A stretch of DNA of 64,000 bases from Perna viridis (Eukaryota): assembly GCA_037379345.1 (NCBI GenBank), contig CM074512.1:1364001-1428000 (forward strand), given 5' to 3'. The position numbers and the translations under genes were made by a program. The first letter of the stretch is position 1, and every line of letters starts with the position of its first letter. The notes beneath the pieces are model-generated. The model was not told the DNA's origin, did no database searches, and was given only the letters and a program-made list of their open reading frames with translations. This document shows positions 12,471 to 22,995 of the stretch, piece after piece.

Positions 12471-14339
12471 TGGTCCATGTTCCCAGTTATTTATGGAAGG
12501 GGAAATCCGCCATATGTTCACGCGTTTCTTTTAACTATGTTACTTGCTTATTCGTTCTCTGTATTTTCTTTCTTTGTTAATCGAAGATTGTTTAAATGTT
12601 AATTCGTGAAATGCATTTTTAGCTCTGTAACTAGCAGTTTGTACGTATTTTCTTTGCTTAATGTCGTTTCTTTGTCTGTAACGTCTTTCTTTTACATTTC
12701 ATCAGTTATTAATTTTTTAAATACTTCTTCTAACCCTGAAAGTCGTAGTTTTTCACTATCTTTCCTTGTTGAAAGTCTTAAATCAGTGATTTGTACAGGT
12801 TATATATAAATTAAAACACGTTTAAAAATCGACTTGATCGACGCAGTTACAAAGAACGCACTAACATTTGACGAATTAACATGTTACTCGTGAGTAATTT
12901 TTCACCGGAAGATCGAGGGGTTGGTATAAAAACAGAACGGGCATTTTCCGATACATTTTTGACTATAACGTTTTGTTTTATTTAATGGCATTCAAAAATT
13001 TTAAATGATTTCTAAAGAAGAATAAAAGTGCTTTTTGGTATTTCAAATTGATTTAGAGTTAAATCCAAAATCTAGACAGGACTAAATCTTCATTTATCGA
13101 CATAATTAGGCTTAGAACTTAAATATATATATTTTATGAAAATTAATGTGAATAAAATAGAATTTGGGGGTATTTTTCTATGTAGAATCTTAATCAGTCT
13201 CGCAACAGTAGTTATATGAGCAGAAATCTTGTCGGGTCGAACTACATATAAATGTTCTGTGTAATCTGCCTAAATTGGATTAACGATCTCTAATCACCAT
13301 TAACTGGCTCGTAAAACTTTGACACCTTGTTAATCTGATTCATAATTAATCATGAATGTCAGGTAAATGGATTTTGGACCAATTTGATGGACTCTACGAT
13401 CCATACTATGGTATAACAAAAAATTATCAGAGAGCTATAATGTTGTTTTGAAACAAGAGAATGAATGACAGGAACTTGCCTGTTAACATGCTTGTTCTCG
13501 GTTACCACTTTTTACAAAACTTTGAAAACTATGACATTCTTAGAGGGTTGTCTAGCACAGGTAACTACATGTATCACCTAAAACGAGTTTTCTAGAGCAG
13601 CTATTTCGAGTGACGAATTAATTATTCCTAAAAGAATTATTGCACTTCCGACTTAGCGAAGCATGAGTTGGGGGATGAAAAATGGCATGTAAGGCTGAGG
13701 AAAATTTATCAGACACATCGCACATACAGGAAAAAGTTGTCTCTCCTCCCAGAATCATCAATTCCCTCCAGCAGTAAGTAGTCAACATGCACATGCAAGG
13801 TATGTAATAGACAATAACCTAATCACTCCTGTACCCATTCAGGGTGCCTTTATTGTTCAAGGTAGAAGTGGTAAGTATTGTGTCACAACAGTTCCCGATG
13901 AATCATGTCATCTACAATAACATGCTTCCATATCCTAAAAGCAAAACTCCGCAGAGGGTATGAACCTGTTGAAAAAATAACCGTTGTCAGTCTTCACCTA
14001 CTAGCAAATACTGTAGAAAGAAAACAAGTAAATCTACTCCGATATCAAGAAAAAAGTTACAATTTAATGTAGAGACAATCCAGGATGATGACACTCTGAA
14101 TGAAACACGTACACGTATAGATGTCAGTCCAGAATACCACATTCTTAACTTAACCTACATATGAAAGAAGGAAACTTGATTACAACGAAAAACATATCCA
14201 GGCAAACATTTTAGCACAAAGCATACCTTCAGTGTGAACTTTAAGACATGCATTCAATTTTAACAAAATAGTTTCCACAGAAATCGGGTGTTTAAGACTC
14301 TTGCCTGGCACTAATGTCCGCCTTGAAAAACAAAAGTAG

Positions 14340-14690
14340 TCATCGATCGTTACGGTGTATCCATCTGCGTCATGAAAACTGATTTGTTCAACGGGTCATA
14401 GTTTTACTTTCCTCTTTCGTCTACCCCGGACTTGACTTTTTATGAGCAAGTCGGCGGGTGTTTCTAAAAAAGTAGAGGATGCTTACCCTACCTGTGCACC
14501 TGGTCAATGCTCCCAGTTTTTAGAGGAGTCCGAGTTGCTCATTTACATTTGTTACTTTGTATGTATGATTTTAGTTACTCTATGTTCTTTGTTGTGTATG
14601 TCTGTTTTCCATGTCTGGTCTTTGTTCCTGAATTACATTCTTTTGATTACCATTATAACCTTGGTTCCCTTGATTACTCTTTCATAGATT
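14340..14690 (+). mobile_element. 3' fragment of a probable Penelope-like (Naiad-type) retroelement; related fragment at ~12300-12550
   Basis: Reads DRYGVSICVMKTDLFNGS*, similar to PLE RT C-termini as I recall them, followed by gaggatgcttaccctacc...gcacctgg tail seen twice in this window. Confidence 0.45.
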
Positions 14691-17270
14691 TTCTTCTTCC
14701 ATTGTGTTTTAGTGTACGGTGATTCTAGTAAGGTATAAATATCATTTATTCCATACTTCCAAAAAATCATTTTTACTGTTATAAACAAATTTTCACTGAA
14801 GTTGCTCTTTAGTGCAGTTTGACGTCTAGCAATACATTTCTCTGTTTCGGTTGGAGACAAATATTATACATGAAAGTTATTATCTCAATGTCCTTCAATG
14901 GGAATAAGTCCGGACAGTATATAAAGCACAATGTCAGTTGTATTTTGTGGTAGTGACAAAATTTGCTGCAGCAGTTTCTTTTGATACATTTCAAGCTTGA
15001 CTATGCCCTTTTTGTTCGGAGTCATAATTTCTAATCCATTAAGTAGGAAAGATGTATGTTTTTAGTGTATACAGTATTGTCAACAAATAGCAATTCCTGC
15101 GTGATCTCCTAGCTTTAATTCATGTTTTGTTAGTTGTTACTTTTCTGTGGTTGGAGTTTGTAGTGTTGATCACAACTAAAGTTGTATGCCATATTAAGTA
15201 GTATCTGAGCTTCCACCGATCTGGTAGAGCCGATTGTTATATCATCAGTACATGCCGTGGCAGAACAGCCTATGCTTCCAATCTTCATTCCCATACCTGA
15301 ATTTTGGAGTTCGTGAAGCAGTGGGACTACGTACGTACATCTTACACAGATCAGCGCTCAGAATTCCGCCCTGTCTTACACCTTGTAATACTTTGAAGTT
15401 ATCTGGGGTAAAGTTTTTTACATTGACAACTGAAACTGCGTAATTGTGCATGTTGTTGATGATACTCCAATGTCTGTCTTCAATGCCTCTGTGGTATAAT
15501 CTTAATGCAGATTTTGCATTAAGAAATGTCACTGTAATGTTTTTGTTCTGATCGCTCGCTTTTCTTTTTGCTTCTTATAGAATGAACGCTGCATTTCGAG
15601 GAGCACACTTCTTCATGAACCCTCTTTGCAAAGTGGATTGTGATGCTGTTAGGGTTGGTTGTATTATATTTTTTAGTATTGTTTCTATAATTTTACAGAG
15701 CACTTGAGTTATACTTATCCCTCTACAGTTTTTTTGTTTTTGTCTCACTTGCGCTTCCTTTGTTCCTAAATATTGGGGTGAGTTATGCTCTTTTTTTATG
15801 CAGTCTGGCAACTATCCAGTTTCAAACATGTATGATATCAGTTCTTGAAACAGTTTTGACAGCTGTGATCCCCCATACAAGAAATTATCTATCTTTAGAT
15901 ACATCTACAAATTTCCCTCTTTTAATGCTTACCATTACCTTTTGAATTTCCTCAGTTGTTGGATTTTGTATCTCTCGGTTCTTTGTTCCTGTATAATGTC
16001 AATTTCATATGTTATATTTTGAGCGCTTCTGTAGTTGTAGTTTTCGTCCATCTGTGGTATAGGTAGATTTTCAAAATGCTTCAGTTCAGGATCTGATACA
16101 GTATTCCCATCAATATATAAATCCTCTCTTGTTTTGTCGATTTAGTAGCTGATAGAAGAACTTAGTATCTTTAGTTTGTGTATTCATAATTTTTTCTCGG
16201 AGTTTGTTCCCCCTCGTTGCAGCTTCTATCCTGCATAAGCTTCTGAATTGTTATTTTTTTTTACAATGTTTCCTTTTTTGATAGCAGATAGTAGATCACA
16301 TTCTTCTTTTGATTTCCTCGCTTCATATCATTTGATGTTGTTTGTTCATATCTAGATATGATTTTGCTTCTGAAGTCCATATTTTAAGTTTTTTTGGCTG
16401 TTGAACATTGAGTAGCACTACCCGTTAGCGTTTGTCCAATTTCTATTATTGCGTTTTCTATTTCTACTTTTCCTTTTGATTTGGCATCAATGTACAAGTC
16501 GCTAAATTTTTTCTCTACTTTATTTTCATAATCCTCATGATCGATTTTGTCCCACTTTAATTCCTGTGAAGTCGGTTTGATATATTTCCTTTGAGTCGCT
16601 GCTTACTGTGATTGGGTAATGATCTGACACTGTAAGAAGTGGTAGGTCCAATATTGCCTTTTCTGTCAGATATATAGTTTGCTCACTATGAAGTAATCAA
16701 TTTCACTGCAATCTTTCCTCTGTGTGTTCGCAAAAGGTTCAGCTGTTAAGATTTGCATATTACAGTCGGTTTCTAGTTGTTTAAGATACTGAGCTCTATT
16801 TGAATAGTTTATTATGTCTTCGTTTAGATCACCTCCAACATTCATGTGTTTGCATATATTTTTGTACACTTTCATAAAGTTGATCCACACATTCCAAGGC
16901 CAGAAATTCTATGTCATATCATCCTTTTGTTCTGAGGTGTGCAGGTATTCTAAGGAGTGGCTTCGGAATATTTTCTAAAAACTCTATGGATTGTATCTTT
17001 TCATTTCCATCATGAATTGGTTTAATCCGAGTCACAAATGATTAATATCGTTTCTCCATAATATTGTAACTCCCCCATAACCTCGTGGTACTTGCGATGG
17101 TTGAATCTTATTGAGCATATCTACTGCTGTTGCAAAATAATTGAACTCTCCTATAGTTCGTTAATATGGTGAAGTTGCAAATCGTAAAGCCAATGTTCTT
17201 GGATAAGTATAATGTTATTTTCTTTGGAAGGTCTGGACGAGATGGCAATTGGAAAGACTTCTATGAAATT
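14690..17270 (-). mobile_element. Decayed non-LTR retrotransposon (LINE ORF2: APE endonuclease + reverse transcriptase), probably CR1/L2 group
   Basis: Fragments in order with stops and frameshifts: NIILIQEHWL, RGYGGV, VGGDLNED, SEIDYF, SDHYP (endonuclease); RGISIT, QRGF, QGVRQGGILS, TDDI (RT). Confidence 0.9.
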
Positions 17271-18076
17271 TCTGAGTGTTAAATCAATGACAGTTAGATC
17301 AACACATAACGTATGGCGTAGTTGTGGATATGACCTATAGCAATTAAAAAGGCTAAAATAAAATCAAGACTCCTATCTGGAGCGTATTATGGCAATCTGA
17401 CAAACAGTCAGACATTGGTATAAAGATCAAGGTTGTTTCTAGAGAACTTGTATTCGCCTTACGTAGAGAGAGATGCACTACATTGAAGTTGACATTTTAG
17501 ACACTATACAGAATTGATTTCAGTCAATGAGCGGGGACATTCTTAAACAATAATAAGTTATATTAACAATTAAATAGTTTAAACTATCACTATAATCCCC
17601 TAAATTTCATATTAGAATGTACATTCAATCAGTTTTGTTCACAAAGTCTTCTAATTTCTGTTTGTATCACATGTATCTCGATGACAACAAATAGGATATT
17701 TTAAATTGACTATAATGCAAGAGAACAACTGCATTCTACCGTTTCCAGTCACGTATTATATATTACAATGATATATGTTTTAGATTTATTTTAGTTACAA
17801 GCATAGACTATATTTCACTGTACTAAGTGCTCAAACGTTGTTTGTTTTCAGTTTTATCTCTTTTAGTATTGTTGAATAAGTTGGTTCTAATTCTATTGAT
17901 TTTGTCTCACGATTCTTCTTTACTTTTTCCCCCTTTTTTTGATCTTATAATTAAGAGTTTGGTTTTATCATTTGTACCAAATACAAATATTCATTTTATC
18001 AATAGCATATAACCAATTGACCACATATCCATTTTGCAGGGGTTATAACTAATGTAAAATAAATAAATATAATGTC

Positions 18077-18172
18077 GTTCCCTCCGCGGGACTCGAACTC
18101 GTACCGCTGTGACATCTATGGCAACACCGCTTGCACTAAGTCCAGCGCTCTAGACCACTCGGCCAGCTATGC
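18077..18172 (-). ncRNA. tRNA-derived (Leu/Ser-like) Pol III module inside the pLTR; not a functional tRNA
   Basis: Box A TGGCCGAGTGG, gtctagagcgctggac, box B GAGTTCGAGTCCC; acceptor stem does not pair. Confidence 0.75.
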
Positions 18173-18247
18173 TATATCAAAAATTTAGCTTTCGAGATAT
18201 ATACGTCTAAATATGTTTAACATCACCAGAAGATGGTAAAATTTAAA

Positions 18248-18286
18248 TTGAATATTTCGGATAACGGATATCCTTCCTCAGCATAA
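18248..18286 (-). ncRNA. Minimal type I hammerhead ribozyme motif in the PLE pLTR
   Basis: tg-CTGAGGA-a-ggata/tccgt/tatcc-GAA-ATAT-T-ca; mutated copies at ~18663-18700 and ~20540-20566. Confidence 0.6.
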
Positions 18287-18959
18287 AACGCATAAAACTA
18301 TATGGGCATAAAACTCACAAAAATTCACGAGCATAAAACTCACAAAGTTCAAGATCAAAACAGATTCAGAAGCAGAATCGCGTATACTGTGGGTGATTGT
18401 ACCTTTATCAAAGGCTCACATAAGCAACTGATAAGGAGCCTGAATGAAAATAACAAAGAGGGTCTTTTTATCAAAGTTGCAATTAACTGTGGAAAACAAT
18501 TTAAAAAAATAAAAAGTCCAAATATAGTAGTACGGCGTATTGATGTATAGCAAGTAGTGCTGTACTAGCCATTGACCACATATCCATTTTGCAGGGGTCT
18601 TATAACTAATGTAATAAACGTCTAAATACGATTAACATCACCAAAAGATGGTAAAATTTAAATTGAATATTTCGGATAACTGATATCCGTCTTTAGCATA
18701 AAACTCACAAAGTTCAAGGTCAAAACAGATTCAGAAGCTGAATCACGTATGCTGTGGTGATTGTACCTTTATCAAAGGCACTCATAGGCAAATGATAAGG
18801 AACTTGAATAGTAAATAACAAAGGGGGTCTTTTTATCGAAATTAAAAATAAAAATTAACTGTGGAAAACAATTTTAAAAAAGTCCAAATATAGTAGTGCG
18901 GCGTTTTGATGTATAGCATTTAGTGCTGTACCAGCCTTAGACCAAGACCTAAAAATGGA

Positions 18960-19295
18960 TTATTTTTTCTCGTTTATTCCATCTGGAGAAGTTGTTTGTA
19001 ATTTGTTTATCCAAAAGCTTTCCCGAGACACTCTTTTACATTTTGGCCAGTTTTTATTATGTTCTATGATCGTAACAACAATGTTGTGGAGATCCTCCTG
19101 GGTGTGTACGGCGGATCTAAGATGGCGACTTAGAGGGAGGTCTGGTTTGTATTTGTAGTCACTGCGATGACCATTCATACACCTGTTGAAAGGTTGTTCT
19201 GTTTCGCCAACGTATTGCATACCACATCGGCACTGGAGAAGGTATATGGTATTTTCGATTTTGCAAGTCACGTCGCAAAAAATGGCGAATTCCTT
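18960..19295 (-). pseudogene. PLE GIY-YIG endonuclease fragment
   Basis: CKIENTIYLLQCRCGMQYVGETEQPFNRCMNGHR...RESFWINKLQTTSPDGINEK. Confidence 0.9.
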
Positions 19296-19479
19296 TCCAG
19301 TGCAGTAGCTTTCATGCCAAGAAATACCCCCAAAAATTTCTGGTCTGCCCCCTACAGGCACTAATTATCTTTGGTATCGTGATAGTACAGATGTGGTCAT
19401 TAATGTATCTATTATCTCAGCGGGTTGTAAAGTTGGATTTTGGAGCGGTTTGTCTTGGCGTGTAAACGTTTTGGTGTGC

Positions 19480-20293
19480 AGTATCTGGGTACTCGGATAC
19501 TTCGGCGCATTTGCTCATCTGACGATACCATCAACAAACGTCTAGATGAACTCCGTGGTCATTTGTTATCGCGTGGCTACAAATCAACAGGTGCAGATCG
19601 GGGATTTGAACGTGATAACAACATCAGCCGTAATGATCTCCTCGAGTACAAACCCAAGAAAAAGAACAGAAGGGTTCCTTTGTGCTTACTTGCCATCCAG
19701 TCTTTGGGAAACTCGCAGCTACTTCATTCGAATTGGGAAGACATTCAAAAACATCCTAAGCTCTCAAAGCTCTTTCCTTGGGCCCGGTCTGTAGACCTAG
19801 GAGACTAAGAGATGCCCTAGTAAGAGCAGAGATTTTATCTCAGCCCAAACAAAATACAACGGGGCCAGTGTCGACCATGTGGAGATAAAAGATGTAAGAC
19901 CTGTACCCAGATACTGCGCACCAAAAAGTTTAACAGTAACTGCTCTGGAAAGGAATTTCGAATTTGCCATTTTTTGCGACGTGACTTGCAAAACCGAAAA
20001 TACCATATACCTTCTCCAGTGCCGATGTGGTATGCAGTACGTTGGCGAAACAGAACAACCTTTCAACAGGCGCATGAATGGTCATCGCAGTGACTACAAA
20101 TACAAACCAGACCTCCCTCTAAGTCGCCATCTGAGATCTGCCGGACACATCCAGGAGGATCTCCACAACATTGTTGTTACGATCAAAGAACATAATAAAA
20201 AACTGATCAAAATGTAGAAGAGTGTCTCGGGAAAGCTTTTGGATGAAAAATTACAAACTACTTCTCCAGATGGAATATAAACGAGAAAAAATA
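19480..20293 (+). pseudogene. PLE RT-thumb, Zn-linker and GIY-YIG fragment (frameshifted)
   Basis: Motifs are spread across ORFs 19440-19808 and 19879-20217 with several frameshifts. Confidence 0.88.
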
Positions 20294-20640
20294 ATTCATT
20301 TTTGGGTCTTGGTCTAAGGCTGGTACACCACTACATGCTATACATCAATACGCCGTACAACTATATTTTGACTTTTCTTAATTGTTTTCCACAGTTAATT
20401 CATTTCTTAATTTTGATAACAACATCCCCTTTGTTATTTTCATTCAGATTCCTTTTCATTTGCTTATGTGTGCCTTTGATAAAGGTACAATCACCCACAG
20501 CGTACGCGATTCAGCTTCTGAATCTATGTTTTGAGTTTTATGCTGAAGGATATCGGTTATCCAAAAATTATGTAAGTCTAAAGAATTGTAAAACGATACC
20601 GATATAAAGATGTTAATACACTATAATAAAACATATAATG

Positions 20641-20680
20641 AGGCAAATTTTCGGTCTACTAATGACCTTCTTCAGAGCCT
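20641..20680 (-). ncRNA. Minimal hammerhead ribozyme motif (left arm)
   Basis: aggct-CTGAAGA-a-ggtc/attagta/gacc-GAAAATT-tgcct. Confidence 0.6.
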
Positions 20681-20697
20681 TAAATAAAGTTTATTTA

Positions 20698-20737
20698 AGG
20701 CACTGAAGAAGGTCATTGGTTGACCGAAAATTTTGCT
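20698..20737 (+). ncRNA. Minimal hammerhead ribozyme motif (right arm)
   Basis: ggca-CTGAAGA-a-ggtca/ttggt/tgacc-GAA-AATT-T-tgct: stem I, intact core, 5-bp stem II, palindromic stem III. Confidence 0.7.
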
Positions 20738-21270
20738 AAGTATATGTTTTATTATAGTGTATTAACATCTTTATCGGTATCGTTGTACAATCCTTTAGAC
20801 TTATATACATATTCTTTCTGCTAAGTTTCATGTTTTTATAGTTCTTGCTCTATATATGCTGTGTAGTGTGCTGTTTTTAGTATGTATAATAATTCATAGA
20901 CGCTTTATAACGCCGTGAATGCTAACTCTTTTAGTGGAATGCTGCTATGATCCTCTGTAATATATGTTGGTGGGTGGGAATCGTAGACATTCTTTACCAG
21001 TATTCGGACTTATTATATATTATTTGGACTGAACCGATTTATATTGATTCCACACCTTTTACAAGCACTTTATTTTACTTGCATATGCACAACGTTGGTA
21101 AAGTACAGTTACTTTACAGTTCTCATCGAAGTTCTCAACCAATTTTGATGTGTGCTTCAGATAGTGGAGGAAATACTTTACAGGCCTTTAGTGTGACGTT
21201 TCTTTCCCTTATACTTTAGAACCCTAGTGTTATTCTTTCGGTTGTGGTCGGCAACTTCTACAACTATATA

Positions 21271-22995
21271 ATGACAAGTGCGTGGCTGAATTTTTTAGCT
21301 TGCGAAGGTTACGAACTTCTCCAAAAGGCGATAAAACTTTCTGAAGAAGATTCAAACGATGACCCAGAGGATGACCCATATAGATCAAAATACAGATCAA
21401 GAGATATTTACTTCCAAATGCAAGAAAAGCTGAAACACTGTTTTGAAAACAATGAAGACGACTTAGACTATCGTATTATCAATTCAGTTCTGTATTTGAA
21501 ACTTGGCATAAATTATATTGAGACTGAAGAATTAGCATCTGGAGAAGAAAATATTCTGAAAGCTGTTGATGAATTAGAAAAATACAAGTTCGAGCAAAAT
21601 GTGGTGAACACTTTCCAACATCTTCTTAATAATTTGGGCATTCTCTGGACAGGAAGACGTGACTATAAGAAAGCATTGCAATACCTTCAAGACTCAGAGC
21701 AGGTGTGTGTAAAATTCAAGCAAGAAGTTGGAGGTGTGCCCAAGGCAATGGAAGAATATGTAGCGAAACCATTTGATGAAGATAAATTAGAAAACAGGAG
21801 AAATTCTGAATTTGAGAAGACCTACACTTTAACTTTATACTACATGGCCCAGGTGTATGCCAAAATTGATGAAAAAGAATTGTCTGCTGAATACTGTCAA
21901 ATAACATTACGCCGTCAGCTAGAATGGGATACTTATGATCCAATGGAATGGGGAATTTGTGCTGCTACTCTCTCTCAATATTTCATTTCAACAGACGATT
22001 TTACAATGGCTCGTCACTGTTTAGCATGTGCTGAATTTATATACCAAGAGGCGGTTGAAAAATCTGGTCCAGAAGATTCTGAAGAGAAACTAGAGAAATT
22101 GAAACAAGGAAAAGCTGATATTGAGAGATGTTGGGTTAAATATGGACTGGCCTTATTGGATTCTTCTAAAAATAGATTGATGATAGATGATGATGAAACT
22201 GCTGAAAATAAAAAGGAGTGCAAAAGAAAAATGTTCAACTTAGAGGTAACTTCACGTGAAGAACAAGTTACTGATCAATATGTAAAAGTCTTTTCTGAGG
22301 CAAGAAATGTGTTTCTGCGTATCCAGCAATGGCTCAATTCTGCAAAGGAATTCTATGTATTAGATGGTCATTGCAATGATCATGTTGAAATTTGTCAAGA
22401 CCAAAGTACAGCCTACAAAAGCTTGGCATTTTTTGAAATGGATATGGACAGGCAGTGTAAAATGCACAAACGGCGAGCTGATCTAATATCAACCTTGATT
22501 AATGAACTGAATCCCCAGTTCTATCTGCTTGTAGTCAGACAGCTACTATTTGAGCTTGCAGAAATATACAGCCAAATGCTTGATATCAAGGTTGCAATCC
22601 TTCAAGATGAAGAAGTACAACCAACATCTCATGCTTTGAAGAAGATAAATGCTTTAGCACAGCAAAGCATTGCAAAATATGATGCTTATCTTAATACGCT
22701 AAAAAAGTCTGGAGAGGCTGACTTACCAAGTGAATTTTGTGCCGAGGACACTCGTCCAGCATTAGTGGCCATGTTCTGCAAAGGGCGACTTCATTCAAAA
22801 TTTGTCACACCTGAAATTAACCAAAGGTTAGCAAACATTCAAAGAAGTATTAACTGCTATAAATATGTTGTTGATTACTGTGAAAAATATCCATCTGCTG
22901 GATGTTTGATTCAAGAGGAGTTTAACATTTGTAAAGAAATGGTGGTGTTGTTACCTGTTAAAATGGAAAAAATCAGAATTGGATCAGAAATTTAA
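21271..22995 (+). CDS. KIFBP: KIF-binding protein (KBP/KIF1BP), 574 aa, uninterrupted CDS
   Basis: Intact ORF from ATG 21271. Family motifs DPEDDPYRSKY, LGINYIETEELASGEE, LNNLGILW, YTLTLYYMAQVY, ATLSQYF, ARHCLACA, RQCKMHKRR, LNPQFYLLVVRQLLFELAE, ICKEMVVLLP (TPR-like helices and KBP_C domain). Confidence 0.96.
   Translation: MTSAWLNFLACEGYELLQKAIKLSEEDSNDDPEDDPYRSKYRSRDIYFQMQEKLKHCFENNEDDLDYRIINSVLYLKLGINYIETEELASGEENILKAVDELEKYKFEQNVVNTFQHLLNNLGILWTGRRDYKKALQYLQDSEQVCVKFKQEVGGVPKAMEEYVAKPFDEDKLENRRNSEFEKTYTLTLYYMAQVYAKIDEKELSAEYCQITLRRQLEWDTYDPMEWGICAATLSQYFISTDDFTMARHCLACAEFIYQEAVEKSGPEDSEEKLEKLKQGKADIERCWVKYGLALLDSSKNRLMIDDDETAENKKECKRKMFNLEVTSREEQVTDQYVKVFSEARNVFLRIQQWLNSAKEFYVLDGHCNDHVEICQDQSTAYKSLAFFEMDMDRQCKMHKRRADLISTLINELNPQFYLLVVRQLLFELAEIYSQMLDIKVAILQDEEVQPTSHALKKINALAQQSIAKYDAYLNTLKKSGEADLPSEFCAEDTRPALVAMFCKGRLHSKFVTPEINQRLANIQRSINCYKYVVDYCEKYPSAGCLIQEEFNICKEMVVLLPVKMEKIRIGSEI

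Larger units (their letters stand above)
18013..20568. mobile_element. Penelope-like element with C-terminal GIY-YIG (Neptune-like): two inverted partial copies and tandem pseudo-LTRs
   Basis: Plus copy ~19480-20290: RT thumb RRICSSD...LLSRGY, Cys linker CRPCGDKRCKTC and GIY-YIG TIYLLQCRCGMQYVGET...RMNGHR. Minus copy 18960-19295 has the same endonuclease. pLTR copies at 18013-18570 and 18571-18955 (minus) and 20295-20568 (plus). Confidence 0.9.
20569..20806. repeat. Long palindrome (~120-bp arms, centre ~20689), probably inverted pLTRs of a second PLE family
   Basis: Arms are reverse complements with scattered mismatches and essentially no spacer. Confidence 0.9.

Noticed and set aside
13680-14150. 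Protein-like short frames on the plus strand (e.g. SKSTPISRKKLQFNVETIQDDD)
   Set aside because: No recognisable family and no consistent exon chain; probably decayed transposon sequence.
18077-18172. Functional tRNA gene
   Set aside because: Acceptor and anticodon stems do not pair; only boxes A and B and part of the D arm remain.
19860-20060. Selenocysteine recoding in the GIY-YIG PLE
   Set aside because: The conserved Cys positions are TGT/TGC, with no in-frame TGA at those sites.
21244-21270. GTG start for KIFBP given in the ORF track
   Set aside because: Eukaryotic gene; the first in-frame ATG at 21271 is the likely start.
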